A stretch of 64,000 bases of DNA from Octopus sinensis. Taxonomy: Eukaryota. Of this stretch, positions 28,341 to 43,132 are shown in pieces. Every line of letters starts with the position of its first letter. Within the stretch, counting starts at the first letter, position 1. The DNA is taken from NCBI RefSeq assembly GCF_006345805.1, contig NC_043014.1, positions 21,452,001-21,516,000 of the forward strand. Direction: 5' to 3'. Made by a program: the position numbers and the translations under genes. The notes under the pieces are model-generated. The model was not told the DNA's origin. It did not search any database and saw only the letters and a program-made list of their open reading frames with translations.

Positions 28341-29257
28341 TAGATTGCTTGTGTTTTTTTTACCGAAAACACTTTATTTATTATAGCTTGTAATCAGTGA
28401 TAAAAATGTTCACTAACAGCAACATCATTTACACACAAAGTACTTGTTTTGACCGTTTGATTATATATATATATCTTTATAAACAAACTTTGAAGTACCA
28501 AATGAGTCGGTATTTTATCGAAAATAAAGGAAATCTCAAACACAGAATAGCTGTTCAAACAGCTTACAAGATCAGGTAAATACCCCTAGAAAACAGGGGT
28601 AAAAAATGGCCAGCAAGAGAATCAAACCTGGTACCTCTGAAAGTCCAGTTAAGCACTCTGTACCTTTAAGTTAAGTGACCATTCACATGAGAGACTGTAT
28701 TTTATATCACTAAATATCTTAAAATGACAAAAATATTTTGATCATCTTTTTTTATCCCTTAAAACCACACTACTTTTTTTGTAGCTGATATTTTCTGATG
28801 AGATTTTCATCATAAGATTCCTCGCATAGAGCTCTTTCATTTGAATATAGCAATTGTAGTATTTTCTTTTACAATAGCTAAGATATTTTGATTCAAAGTC
28901 AATTTTTGGCTTTACTCTCCCGTTTTTGACATCACATATTTTGACCTAACATTTTTTTTAATGAACCAAATTTCAATAATTTTATCTCCAAATGTAGCTT
29001 AGAGCTGGACAGTCATTGCAAAAAAAACCACATTCAATTTGGTTGAGAACTGAATTAATGAGGAAGCCTAGAACTGCTCATAAGTGACTAAAAGTTAACC
29101 TTAAGAACATATTCAACAACTGCCATGGTTGAATGACATGAAACTGTCCAGTAACATGGATTGGATGTTTTGAGACCAAGTTTATAATACTGTATAAATA
29201 ATATACTCACTTTATTACCTAATACACAATTGCTTGCTTTTTTCTGCTTTATGAAAA

Positions 29258-29295
<38 letters not shown>

Positions 29296-29995
29296 TACAT
29301 TTAAGCTCACCTTTTCTTCATTTTTCAATCTGATTGCTTTCATTACTATTCAATGATTTGGTCATTTAAATGCACAGCCCTATGCATTCCTTAACTACTG
29401 TCCTTGAACTGCAATACATAAAAGAGCATGTTTCTAGATAGGTCTGTCACTAATAAACTCTCTACATTCGATGCTCACGATAACTGAAGACCTAAACACA
29501 GAGCCAACTTATGCATGTTTTATACTTTTTTACTTTTTATACTGTCATTTTTGTTGTTTTATATTTTATGTTATTATTGAAACACTTGTTCATATGCATC
29601 ATCATTCACACTCACATGTAGACAAACCATTGTGTATACACATCCCAAACACACACAGACATGCATGTACATGGACATGCACACATACACACACACACAC
29701 ACATACACACGTACACATACATACACACACACACAAACGTATGCATACACACACATATACATATGCTCACATTCTCTCCTGTACAAACTCAATGATACAC
29801 GTACACACACACACACATACAACAATACCTATCACAGCCTGTATATATATATATGCACACATACTTGAATAGCCACAATAATATACACATGCACAAGACA
29901 CACTGCTAAACTCCCATCAAATACACCCAAACCAATACACACATACCGGGACAGACACTCACACATAAATGCATTGATGATCTTTTGCTCTCTTG

Positions 29996-30031
<36 letters not shown>

Positions 30032-30156
30032 TACACATACACATTAAAGTGTTTACATGTGCACAAATAAATACATATATATCTATGACAAATGTTTATT
30101 TGTATGTACATTACTCACTTTTTTTTTCTTTTCTTCTTTCTCTCTCTCTCTTTCAG

Positions 30157-30370
30157 TAAGCACCTCGAAAATATCTGAGAGGCAATCAGTTACTTTCTTA
30201 GACCATGAATCTACTGCTGCTAGCCCACCAACGGGACCACCTCCATCTGAAGCTACTGAAGCTATTGAGGTAGAGACTCCTTCTGAAAGTTATCAGATAA
30301 GTGACATACAGATAGAGATAGATGAGGAGACTTTCTCGCTTGAAGATGTTGAATCAACAGAAATGTTAGA
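30157..30370 (+). CDS. Host gene exon (acidic N-terminal region) of an LRRC74-like leucine-rich-repeat protein
   Basis: Polypyrimidine tract + tttcag acceptor (30151-30156) and GTGAGT donor at 30371. Open frame STSKISERQSVTFLDHES...EIDEETFSLEDVESTEML. Its phase-2 end joins exon 35048 in frame. Confidence 0.65.
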
Positions 30371-30529
30371 GTGAGTGTTTTGATTATTATGGAAATGAGT
30401 TTAATTGATTGGTATTTTGTGTTCTGAAGAAGTCTTCAAATATTGCAAGTTTAATTAATATTAAATTACCTTTACAATTTGAAGAATTCAGAAAGAAATG
30501 AAAAATAAGGATAACTCAGCAGAGTTGGA

Positions 30530-30700
30530 AAACATAGGCACAGACGTAGCTGTGTGGTAAGAAGCTGGCTTCCCAACCACATGGCTTTGGGTTCAGTTCA
30601 CTGCATGGCACCTTGGACAAGCGTCTTCAACTATAGTCTTGGGCCAACCAAAGCCTTGTGAGTGGATTTGGTAGACAGAAACTGAAAGAAGCCTATAGCC
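30530..30700 (+). mobile_element. tRNA-headed SINE fragment
   Basis: gtagctgtgtggtaagaagc...gggttcagt..cactgcatggcaccttggacaagcgtcttc, the same family as 44370-44700. Confidence 0.65.
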
Positions 30701-30704
30701 TATG

Positions 30705-30742
<38 letters not shown>

Positions 30743-30879
30743 CATATATACATACATATACATCGATATATATATAATAAAAGAAACAAATAAAGTTTTA
30801 TTAGAAACGTCAGAACACTTCTACATGGGCTCTATTGGATGCAAAGAAGTTGTCAATAAATTGAAGAAGTTGTAAAGAT

Positions 30880-31900
30880 AATTTAAGAGCACCCTGCATG
30901 TATATACACTGAACCTCAAAAGAAATGCAAGATGTGTGTGACTGTGAAATATATTTTGATTTCATTATGTCTGTGATAAACTTTGAAAAAATCTGATAAA
31001 GACAATTCCTTGGATGCACCTTGACCACAGTCTATGGGTTGTTGTTATGTGTTCTGGTAGTCGGCAGATCCAGCACATCGAGATGGTAGGGCATGACACG
31101 TTCAATACTGTATATGCCGTCCCTGGGTGTTCAAAACAATCATACACTATTGGTACATGGAGTGCATAAGGAGATTCACAAAAGCCATTGGCACCTGTGC
31201 CCACACCTTGAGGAAAGCTGCCTCCAGTTTCACACAAGTTGTTGGCCTTGCAGCCACCTGGTTTTGCCATCTCTGAATTTCATCCCACAGGTGTTCAATT
31301 GGGTTCAAATCTGGGCTGAGAGCCGGCCATGGCATGATTCTGATGTTGTGCTGATGCAGGAAGTCCTTGGTGACGCTGGCCATGTGGATGGGAGCATTGT
31401 CCTGCTAGAACACGTGGCCATGGTGACGTGTGAAGAAGTGCACAATGTGAAGTCTTAGGATCTGGTCAACATAGCACTGCATTGTAATGCTATTCCCTCT
31501 GCCTGCATCAACATTTTGGAACACATGGGGCCCTTTTCTCTGATTCAGGCCTATAGCACCCCAAACCATGATGCTTTGGCCACCCCACATATCTCTCTCT
31601 ATGACACATGCATTTCTGTAGTGTTCACCCCTCCTATGCTACACCCTCACTCTACCATCCAAGGTGGAAATACAGTACTAACTCTCATCAGAGAAGACTA
31701 TTGACCTCCATTGTTGATACTGCCAATGTTGATGCTATGTAGACCACTGATGGTAGCAGGCAGTGAGGAGAGGCCCTCGAGCAGGATGACAGCAGCAACT
31801 CCATACACTTTCTGCAACTTTTCATAGGCCTCCGAGCAGGTATTGCCATGGCAACTTACTCTATCATGGTCAATGCAATGATCACACATTACACACCTTC
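30880..31900 (-). mobile_element. Tc1-family transposon remnant
   Basis: SIMVWGAIG, FQQDNAPIH and WPALSPDLNPIEHLW (DD34E type) in ORFs 31405-31590 and 31147-31383. Confidence 0.85.
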
Positions 31901-32339
31901 CTTCCAAGCACTGCTGTAAACAGCAGAAGTGGGCTAGAACATTAAAACTTAGTGCATCTGTACAGCAGAGTTAAAGATCAATTTGTGCCAAGCAGCTTCA
32001 CTCTATGTACTTTAGCTTCATTACTATGGCAAACGTCTTTATACTTATTGATCAGACTTCGTATTTCTGTCTGTGTATATATATAGATATATATATGGAA
32101 AAAAGTCAAGGGAGAAAATGATAAAATAATTTTATAAGAAACATTTCAGTACCACTTTCAGTCATTGAGACTTTTTCAACTGTAAATATAGAAAAAAATT
32201 AAAATTTGGAAAAATTAAATGAAAAGTATTTTAAAAGAATATTTGCATAGTATTCAAATATAAGGGTCATTTTCCTTATTTCTGCCTGTCTCTGTCTCCT
32301 GTTTACTCTTGTGGGTTCGAGATCATTGTGAATTCTTGG

Positions 32340-32448
32340 CAGAGAAGAAGAACAAGAACAACAAGAAGAAGAACAAGAACAACAAGAACAAGAACAAGAA
32401 CAAGAACAAGAACAAGATCAACAAGAACAAGAACAAGAACAAGAAGAA
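32340..32448. repeat. (AAGAAC)n microsatellite
   Basis: Directly visible. Confidence 0.95.
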
Positions 32449-32569
32449 AATGTGGGAGTGGTATGATAGTAGTAGGATGTTAAATGGTCAAGTGCCCTGA
32501 AAGTGACTTGTTGTGGATGGTAGTAGTAGTGATTGAATTCTTGAGATATCACTTTTGATTGTATATATA

Positions 32570-34940
<2,371 letters not shown>

Positions 34941-35047
34941 GTATGTATATGTATACACACAGTCTACATGTTTCTGTGTGTATATTTATGTTGTCTCTAT
35001 GCCATACACACCTTCCTCAACTTTCTTTGTATTTCTTCTCTTAACAG

Positions 35048-35082
35048 GAAACGTCACAAGATATCAGCATCTGATTTACAAT
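35048..35082 (+). CDS. 35-nt micro-exon of the LRRC74-like gene ([13 protein letters not shown])
   Basis: ttcttctcttaacag acceptor and GTTAGT donor at 35083. It bridges the phase-2 end of the 30157 exon to the phase-1 start of the 35530 exon exactly. Confidence 0.6.
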
Positions 35083-35529
35083 GTTAGTATAATTGTATAT
35101 TTTCTATTTAGTATAAGAGGACTGATGTTATAGCTGTGCTGTGTGATATGTTGTATGGTTGTTGTTCTTATTGTTTAACTAGCAAGTCAGATCTAATCAA
35201 GCAGACCTTTCATCAAAAATATTCTAGCAGTAAACATCTCCAACCCTGCCATTATTTTCAACCATTGTGTATCAAAGACTAGCTAATGTAACCTTCCTTT
35301 TTCTTAAGATGGTGGTATATGATTTTGAAGGTATTAGACTGCTATTTCTAGCCAGTCAAGCAAGTAAGTAGAGCAGTGGTCCTCAACCATTTTATACCCC
35401 TTTGATTTCTATTTCATTCTTGTGGACCGCATAGCCATTCAAAGGTTAAAAAGTACTTAAAGGAGGAGGAGGAGGATAACAGTTTCAAGTGAGTAATGTT
35501 AAAATTCTTCTACCAACTTACCTATTCAG

Positions 35530-35690
35530 CTAATGTTGAAACAAGAATCCAAGTCTACCGCCTTGCCTGTCACCATTTCAAAGTTTTGCCAATGACTACA
35601 TTTATTACCAACATACATAAGACCGATATTAATCTAGAGCATCTTGGTATCACACCAAAAGAAGCTCATGCAATGAGCATTCCATTGAGG
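35530..35690 (+). CDS. LRRC74: LRRC74-like exon: NVETRIQVYRLACHHFKVLPMTTFITNIHKTDINLEHLGITPKEAHAMSIPLR
   Basis: cctattcag acceptor, GTGAGT donor at 35691. The pattern Y..AC....V.P...F........INL.H.G..PK.A.A....L matches the LRRC74A/B region preceding the LRRs as I recall it. Confidence 0.8.
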
Positions 35691-35993
35691 GTGAGTGAGT
35701 TCTTATTTTCTATTAGCTTTTATATATCAATATTTTGTGTCTGTATTGGGGCAGCTATCTTTTATTTTTTCATTGGCATCAGTCATTGAACTTCAGCCAT
35801 GCTGGAGCACTGCACTGGAGAGTTTTAGTAAAAAGAAATCGTCTCTAATACTTATTTTTTCTTAAGCTTGTTACTTATTGTATCAGTTTCTTTTTGCCAA
35901 ACTTCTAGGTTACAGAGACATAAGCAAACCAAGACCAGTTGCAAAGCAGTGATGGGGAGACAAACACAAACATATATAAATACACATAGATAT

Positions 35994-36029
<36 letters not shown>

Positions 36030-36044
<15 letters not shown>

Positions 36045-36205
36045 AGAGTAGGCACATAAATGTGAAACAAGGTGGAAAAAATAGTATAAGCATACCAGAA
36101 GTAGAGTAATATGCTTTATTAATAAAGCTGCAAAGACATCACAAAAACTGTTACTCAGAGTTTCACATTCCCATTGTCAGACTGATGTCTTTGCAGCTTT
36201 ATAAA
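36030..36205 (-). mobile_element. Short Penelope pLTR-like repeat with a 20-bp perfect inverted repeat and a degenerate hammerhead core
   Basis: ataaagctgcaaagacatca (36122-36141) / tgatgtctttgcagctttat (36183-36202). The minus strand reads ctgacaa-tgggaatgt-gaaactctgagta. Confidence 0.45.
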
Positions 36206-36312
36206 ATAATACATATATATAGTTGAATAGCTATTTGGTGTTTATAAGAATGGAGAGCTAAAGGTTAAACTTATTAATTCTTGTATATTGCATCTTCCGT
36301 CTTTCATTTACC

Positions 36313-36350
<38 letters not shown>

Positions 36351-37574
36351 ATGTGTGTGTACACACACATCATCATTGTCATCATCAGTCAGCATCTGTT
36401 TCCCTGCTGGCATGGATTAGACAGTTTGACTGGAACTGGTAAGCTGGAGAGCTGCACCAGGTTCCAATCTCATTTGATGTGGTTTCTATGGCTGGATGCC
36501 CTTCCTAATGCCAACCACTCCAAGAGTGTAATGAGTGCTTTTTACATGCCACCAGCATGGTTGCCTGTAATGTGACACTGGCAATAGCCATGACTACATA
36601 CATACACACATACATACATACATACATACATACATACATACATACATACATACACACATACATACATACTTACACACACGCACATATATATCTATTATAT
36701 AAAATCTGTTCTGTCTGTCTATGCTGAATTTTCATTAAATATACATATATATACATACATATACATTGTTGCAAAATGTGGCCTCCTGACACCAACACAG
36801 CTCCAACAGTCGTGTAAACAGTTAGAAAACCACAGGCCTGTCCAACAAACCAACTTGCTTAGAGAGGAAGAAGTAATCGTACCTGGCTGGATGTCTTGTG
36901 TTCTTCATCACTTGGCATCACTTTGACTGGTCACATCAAATCTTTACACCAACTGTCTTCATTGCAAAGTATGGCCAAATTACTTAGAAGTTCACTTTGC
37001 AGCCATGAGGTCTCAGGTTTAATCTTTCTGCTTGACACCTTGAGCAAATGTTTTCTTTTAGTCTTAGACTGCCCTATCCTTGTGAATGAAAAAAAGAAGT
37101 CACAAACCATATAGAAACCCACTGGATGGATTGTGCCAGCATTTCAAAAAGAAACAGCCTTGTCACACACTGTCACATTGAATTTGCTTGGGAATGATAT
37201 AAGAACACTCTTGTCTGTGGAATGGTCAGCCAGTTATACACTTATTCAGGATCGAGTAATTCGATTTATTGAAAAACTGAATTGTCATCATCAAACAATC
37301 AAGTTCCACCATTCTTGTTCCATGCATTCAGAAACTCATTGTGGGATTAGAAACACCTTACTTACCATTAGAAATTCTTGTTTTCAGTATCTCATTCTAT
37401 TCTTGCTCGTTTGAACCATTTGGTTGGTGTTTTGCAAGTCTTACATATATTGTTCTGTGACACCCATGTTTCTAGGGATGAATTATTCCAACCCCAAAGA
37501 ATCCTTCTCCACACATGGCTATGATGCCCCTCCATTACACTTGCTCATGATGAGAGATACACATATTGTGAGCC

Positions 37575-37900
37575 ACTAAGGGATATGTTTGACTGGTTGT
37601 TTGTTCCTTCTTGAGCCATGCCTGGTTCATAAGGGCCGGTTTCCCGGTTTCCTTGGCATATAGGTTCCCCACCTGGATGGGACGCCGGTCCATCACAGGT
37701 GAGCTGCAAGATGCAGGTAGAAAGAGCGAGAGAAAGTTGTGGCGAAAGAGTTAGCTGAAGTTCGCCATTACCTTCTGCCAGAGTCGCGTGGAGCTTAGGT
37801 GTTTCGCTCATAAACACACACATCGCATGGTCTGAGATTCGAACCCACGATCCCTCAACCGTGAGTCCACTGCTCTAACCACTAGGCTATGTGCCTCCAC
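37575..37900 (-). mobile_element. tRNA-derived SINE with clear A/B-box head
   Basis: The minus strand reads ggcacatagcctagtggttagagcagtggactcacggttgagggatcgtgggttcgaatctcagacc. Same family as 62300-62525 and 2545-2680. Confidence 0.75.
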
Positions 37901-38074
37901 ATTTGACTGATTACGGTCAAGCAAATGACAAGCAAATCTGTGGTATTGAGTAGAAGATTTGCTGTAGCTCTTCTTTTTCATCAAGACAAAACATGTAAAT
38001 GTTAACACTGCCAATCATTTAAGATTAGATGCTATGAGAGTCACTGCATGGTATTGTTATTATTATTATTATTT

Positions 38075-38640
38075 AAGGTGGCAAGCTAGCAGAATCGTCA
38101 GCATGCTTAGCGGCATTTCATCCATTGCTACATTCTGAGTTCAAATTCCACCAAGGTTGACTTTGCCTTTCATCCTTTCAGGGTCAGTTAAATAAGTACC
38201 AGTTATGCACTGGGGTCGATGTAATCGACTTAATCCCTTCACTCAAATTTCAGGCCTTGTAGCTACAGTAGAAAGGTTTGTTATTATTATTACTACTATT
38301 ATTGTTATTATATTCAAATTCTGCCGAGGTTGACTTTGTCTTTCATCCTTTCATGGTCAATAAATTAAGTGCCAGTGAAACACTACAATTAATATAATCA
38401 ACTAGTCCCCTCCCCAAAAATTTCAGTAGAAAGGATTACTATTATTATCATTATTATTATTTGAACTGGCAGAATCGTTAGTACACTGGAGAAAATGCTT
38501 AGCAGCATTTCATTTGTCTCTACATTCTGAGTTCAAATTCTGCCACGGCCAACTTTGCCTTTCATCCCTTCAAGGTCGATAAAATAAGTACCAGTTGTTT
38601 ACTGGCATCAATGAAATCAAATAGGCCCCTCCCACAAAAT
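38075..38640 (+). mobile_element. Three tandem cephalopod-type SINE copies separated by (TTA)n
   Basis: gcagaatcgt..ctgagttcaaatt...actttgcctttcatcc...gtaccagt occurs three times (the middle copy lacks the head). Confidence 0.7.
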
Positions 38641-38759
38641 AACTATGTCCCATGAGGTTTCTACATTCTCAATTCCAATCTCATTGAGAGCAACTTTGCA
38701 TTTCATCTTCCTAGTTTCAACAAATACCAGTCAGACAATGGTATTGAACTGCCACCCAG

Positions 38760-39982
38760 TGTAAGAAATATGATTGCACGTGGTCGCATTGTGTAGGGAA
38801 TACGATCGCACGTGGTCATATTCTTAACGAATTATTATAAGCCATAAATACAATGCAGTACCAAAAGAACATAGGTGAATTGACGACAAGCCGTTCCACT
38901 GTTTGAGAGATAGATAACATTTTATTTAGCAATGGTGTTAATGTTAGAAGGTTGTGAGTGCTAGCAAGTGCGTGTGTGCGTGCAACACGTGTTTGTGTTT
39001 GTGTGTTCGTGTGTGTGACAGATACAATAAGGGTGAAAGCGTGTGACATAGTAGGTACAGAGCATAGAGTTAATGATGGAAATTGATTTACTGTTCATGA
39101 GGCACACGAAGTGTAAGCGTTCAATATCAAGATGTTGTGTCTCGGAGCTGAGATTAGTTGAATCACTTGTTGTGCTTATCTTTCTCTTGATATAGATATT
39201 CTTTCAGATATATATACTGCAACTGTTTTTCCGTGGTGAGATTTTCACCTAACAGCATGCGTTGAATTTGTAGTATCTTGTGTACAAGTTAAATCTTCGT
39301 AGATAGAGACGATGTTGGCGATGACGTTATGTCTGTCGCTTGGTTTACTATAGCGTCTTCATATCATGTTTTGCTTGGTTATTTTTCTTTTGATAGACAT
39401 TCTTTCAGATATATATATACTGCAACTGTTTTTCCGTGGTGAGATTTTCACACTAACAGTATGAGTTGAATCTGTGAAGTTGGTGTGTACATGTCTGAAG
39501 TGGACGATGGTGATGGCGACTTGAAGTTGGTACAATGATGGTGACGACGGCGGCGGAGATAGAAGGCTTTCTGTGGTGAGTGTACATTAGCGTCATCGTG
39601 ACTGATCGTCTGTCGCTGTGACTGGAACATGTTGAGTAGCTCTGTGGTCAGAGGTTTAGTCCTCATAAGGACTAGAAACCAAAGACGAAAGTGTCTGAGA
39701 ACACTCCCTTATATACAAGTAAGGTGGCTCAAACGAGCTTACGAAATGGGACCTTAACCAAAGGCCGTGATTGGTTGGCTTTGGCCAGTGGCGCGAAATA
39801 AGTAGAGAGACAGACCGCGCTTAGATGCCAACCAATCAAAATAGTGGACACAACAACGTTAAACTAGCCAAAGATGTTTGTAATCTCAAACGAGATCATT
39901 CTTAATATTTCTCTCAAACGGTGAAGATAGCAATGAAGAAAACAATATTGCTACAGATAGCCTCTTGCCAGACGTTTTGTCA
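38760..39982 (-). mobile_element. Gypsy-type LTR (minus orientation) with a ~190-bp internal duplication
   Basis: Roughly 75-85% similar by eye to the inverse of 40339-41172. It ends ...ttcttACA followed by c-tgg, and has CCAAT boxes and TATATAAG (~39708-39715). Duplicated blocks lie at ~39190-39320 and ~39385-39510. Confidence 0.65.
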
Positions 39983-40083
39983 TAGACAAAACGACGATAA
40001 AATTGAAGCAAAGATGATATTCGAACGGTTGGTCAATTCAACTGGCACTAAGTCACCTATGTGGAATGTTCGAGTGAACATAA

Positions 40084-40317
40084 AATGGCTGCGTAGTGAA
40101 TACGAATGGCTGCGTATTTGATCACGTCGGGTCACCAGTGTAAGAAATAATAATGGCTGCGTGTTTGATCACGTCGGGGTCACCAGTGTAAGAAATATGA
40201 TTGCATGTGGTCGCATTGTGTACGGAATACGAATGGCTGCGTGTTTGAAAACGGCGGGTCACCAGTGTAGGTAATAATAATGGCTGCGTGTTTGAAAACG
40301 GCGGGCCACCAGTGTAT
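40084..40317. repeat. Tandem array of four ~33-nt mature tRNA-Trp 3'-end copies (extended PBS on the minus strand) interleaved with LTR-end fragments
   Basis: Units atggctgcgtgtttgatcacgtcggggtcacca at 40105-40137, 40152-40185, 40232-40264 and 40279-40311. They match the eukaryotic tRNA-Trp(CCA) 3' end AAGGCTGCGTGTTCGAATCACGTCGGGGTCA + CCA. Confidence 0.85.
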
Positions 40318-40338
40318 AACGAATTTTCTTCGCAAAAT

Positions 40339-41191
40339 TGTAACAATTTTTCTGGCGAGAGGCTGATGTAGCGTGGCAGTTTCAGCCATTTTGAAATATG
40401 ACTATAGCTATTTCTAATATCTTCACTATTTGAAAGGCAAGGCAGAAATGATCTCGTTTGAGGTTACAGCCATCTTTGGCTAACTTGTTCCTGTTGTAAA
40501 CACTAACCTGATTGGTTGACACGTGACGCGATTTGTCTCCACTTATTTTCGCGCCACTGTCCCGAAACAACCAATCACGGCCTTTGGTTAAGATTCCATT
40601 TCTGAGGCTCGTTTGAGCCACCCAACCGGTATATAAAGGAGTGTTTTCAGACACTTTTTGTCTTTGGTTCCAGTTCTTCTAAGAACTAACTTTACACCAC
40701 AGCGCTACTCAACCAAGCGATATACGATTGTTCCTGCTGCCACTAGCTACGACGCTAATGTACACAATCACAGAAAGCCTACTATCTTCGCCGTCTCCAC
40801 CATCATGTATCAACTTCAAGTCGTTTCCAACGTTTTCGCCATACGAACAGTAAACCAATTTCCATTATATATTCTATGTTCTGTACCCTTCTATGCCAAA
40901 CGCATCCACTCTGATTGTTCTGTCACACACACGAACACACAGACACAAACACGTGTTGCATGCGCACACGCGTGTTAACGCTTACGAACTCCTAACATTG
41001 ACACGGTTGTAAAATAAATAATATTTATCTCTCCACAGCAAGACTTGTCGTCGATTCACTTATGTTCTGTTGTTACTGCATGTTTTTATGGATGTAATAA
41101 TTCGTTAAGAATATGACCACGTGCGATCGTATTCCCTACACAATGCGACCACGTGCAATCATATTGCTTACACTGGTGACCCCGACGTGAT
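40339..41191 (+). mobile_element. Gypsy-type LTR (TGTAA...TTACA, 40339-41172) followed by a tRNA-Trp primer-binding site (41174-41191)
   Basis: TG...CA ends with a 5-bp IR and PBS TGGTGACCCCGACGTGAT. Internally there are CCAAT, TATA and AATAAA elements plus a GT-rich tract. Confidence 0.8.
40505..40645 (+). promoter_or_regulatory. LTR U3 Pol II promoter cluster
   Basis: ATTGG 40511, CACGTGAC 40520, TTTTCGCGCC (E2F-like) ~40546, CCAATC 40571 and TATATAAA 40630. The mirror set is present in the left LTR. Confidence 0.55.
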
Positions 41192-42637
41192 CATTTCTGC
41201 CTTGCCTTTCAAATAGTGAAGATATTAGAAATCGCTATAGTCATATTTCAAAATGGCTGAAACTGCCACGCTACAGTATCAATTAAGTCTACAACACCCT
41301 GATTAGAAAGTTTATAGCCTTATTAGAAATTCCATCAACATTATTAATTAGGACGTACATTTTTTACACTTTTCCTTGGTTCTGTCATTGGACTGTGGTG
41401 ATTCTGGAGCATCATGATGAAGAATTTTTAATCGATCATATCTGGCCCTTATTTTATCAATCTCTTTGTTGAAAAGCTAAGTTATGGAGCATGACCAATG
41501 AAAGCTGTTTTTCAAGTAATACCATAATACCAGTGTTAACACAAACACATTAACAGACAAACACATAAATAATACCACATTGGTGGATAAAAATTCTTTA
41601 CTTATGGGTTAAGACTTCCATTGGTTTCATGGAAGAGAGAAATCCCTTTACAGCTATCAAGCTTGCTGCATGGAACATTGGTGTTCAATTCCATTTTGAT
41701 TCAGATCCCTTAGCATTTAAACCAGTTATATCCAGCAAAATTATTCTACTGATTTTATGTTCAAACTCACCATATGCAACCTCTCATACTTACCCTCCAA
41801 GATGGAGATGAGCAATAATGCTCCATGAAGCAAGCTTGATAATTGGTAAGGGATTTCTCTCTTAACATAAAACCAATGGTAGCCTTAACCCATAAATAGA
41901 TACATATACACTCTTTATTTGTGGATTAACGGTGCTACCAATGGTTTCATGTGGAAATCACTGCTAGCAGTGTTAATCCACAAATAAAGAATATTTATCC
42001 ATCAAATGCAGTGTTGGGCAAGCATTCTCATTATTCCACACTATCACACAGATACACACACACACACACTCACACACACACACATCATGAGTTTCTACCA
42101 ATTTCACTCACAAAGCATTGCTCAGCTCAAGGATAGGGAACACATGGTCCAAGGTGCCACACAGTGGGACAGAATCTGGTTGCAAAGTGAACTTCTTGAC
42201 TGCACAACCACACACGTGATTATGTTCTGTTTTCAAATCTTATTATGATAGACTTTGTCTTCTACACCATATTTGACATGAATAAAATAAGTATCAATAA
42301 TATACAGAGCTAAAGAGCTGGCAGAACTGTTAGCCTGCTGGGTAAAATGCTTGGTGACATTTTGTCTGTCTTTACAATCTGAGTTCAAATACTGCTGAGG
42401 TCAACTTTGCCTTTCATCCTTTTGGGATTGATAAAATAAGTACCAGTTGAGTACTGGAGTTGATTACATCAACTTATTCCCACCCTGAGGTCGATAGCCT
42501 TGTTCCAAAATTTGAAACCAGTAATATACAGAGCTGGAAGTGAAGGAATTAAACTCAATCAAATATCTTCTGTCCCTTACAAATTTGTCAATGTGATAAA
42601 TCAATACTTATTTTATAATTGGATTTTACTTTTTCAG

Positions 42638-42745
42638 AACATTGAATACGTTGAAGAACTGAATCTATCTGACAACCGACTCTCAGATGAAGGTGCCACT
42701 TTCATCTTCGAAATTTTGACATTTGGTAATCGTATCAAATCGTTA
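42638..42745 (+). CDS. LRRC74: LRRC74-like LRR exon: NIEYVEELNLSDNRLSDEGATFIFEILTFGNRIKSL
   Basis: ttttcag acceptor, GTAAGT donor at 42746, 108 nt, phase 0-0, RI-like LRR motif LxLSxNxLxDEGA. Confidence 0.85.
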
Positions 42746-43132
42746 GTAAGTCCTTACAAAGAGTGTTCTTCATTCCAAAATGTTTATTACAAGAAATCTT
42801 ACAAAACTACACCACCCCACTGCCAAACTACTATACATGACTCCATACTACACTATACTTCACTTACTACACTGTCATACACAATACTACCCTATGTTAT
42901 ACCATGCTTCACTGTGATATACTATACTATGTTATGCCACACTACACTGTGATAAACCATGCTGCCCTATGTTATACACTGCACAATGATACATGATACT
43001 ACTTTTGTTATACCAGACTGAATTACACTATGGAATACTATGTTATAACCACACTACATTATGCAGCATCATAATAACCTCTACATGGCCATTTCATCTA
43101 ATAGGAATATTAGCCAAAACTCACTGTCTTAA

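Noticed and set aside
30057-30156. ORF-track extensions upstream and downstream of the host exons (also 42500-42952, 43979-44200, 60513-60872)
   Set aside because: The extensions run through polypyrimidine tracts, SINEs and donor sites, so only the splice-bounded parts were accepted.
37255-37325. FIEKLNCHHQTIKF resembling a Penelope RT motif
   Set aside because: A single short motif with no flanking support.
37820-37900. tRNA-like sequences at 2545-2630, 37820-37900 and 62450-62525
   Set aside because: They lack complete acceptor stems and continue into SINE bodies, so they were called SINE heads rather than tRNA genes.
40084-40317. Repeat-spacer pattern resembling a CRISPR array or a tRNA gene cluster
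   Set aside because: The context is eukaryotic with no cas genes, and the spacers are LTR-end pieces. The units cover only the tRNA 3' end with encoded CCA and have no A box.
38760-41275. Endogenous densovirus/parvovirus or DIRS element suggested by inverted termini with promoters
   Set aside because: There is no NS1, capsid or tyrosine recombinase coding sequence, and TG...CA ends plus a tRNA-Trp PBS fit a Gypsy LTR better.
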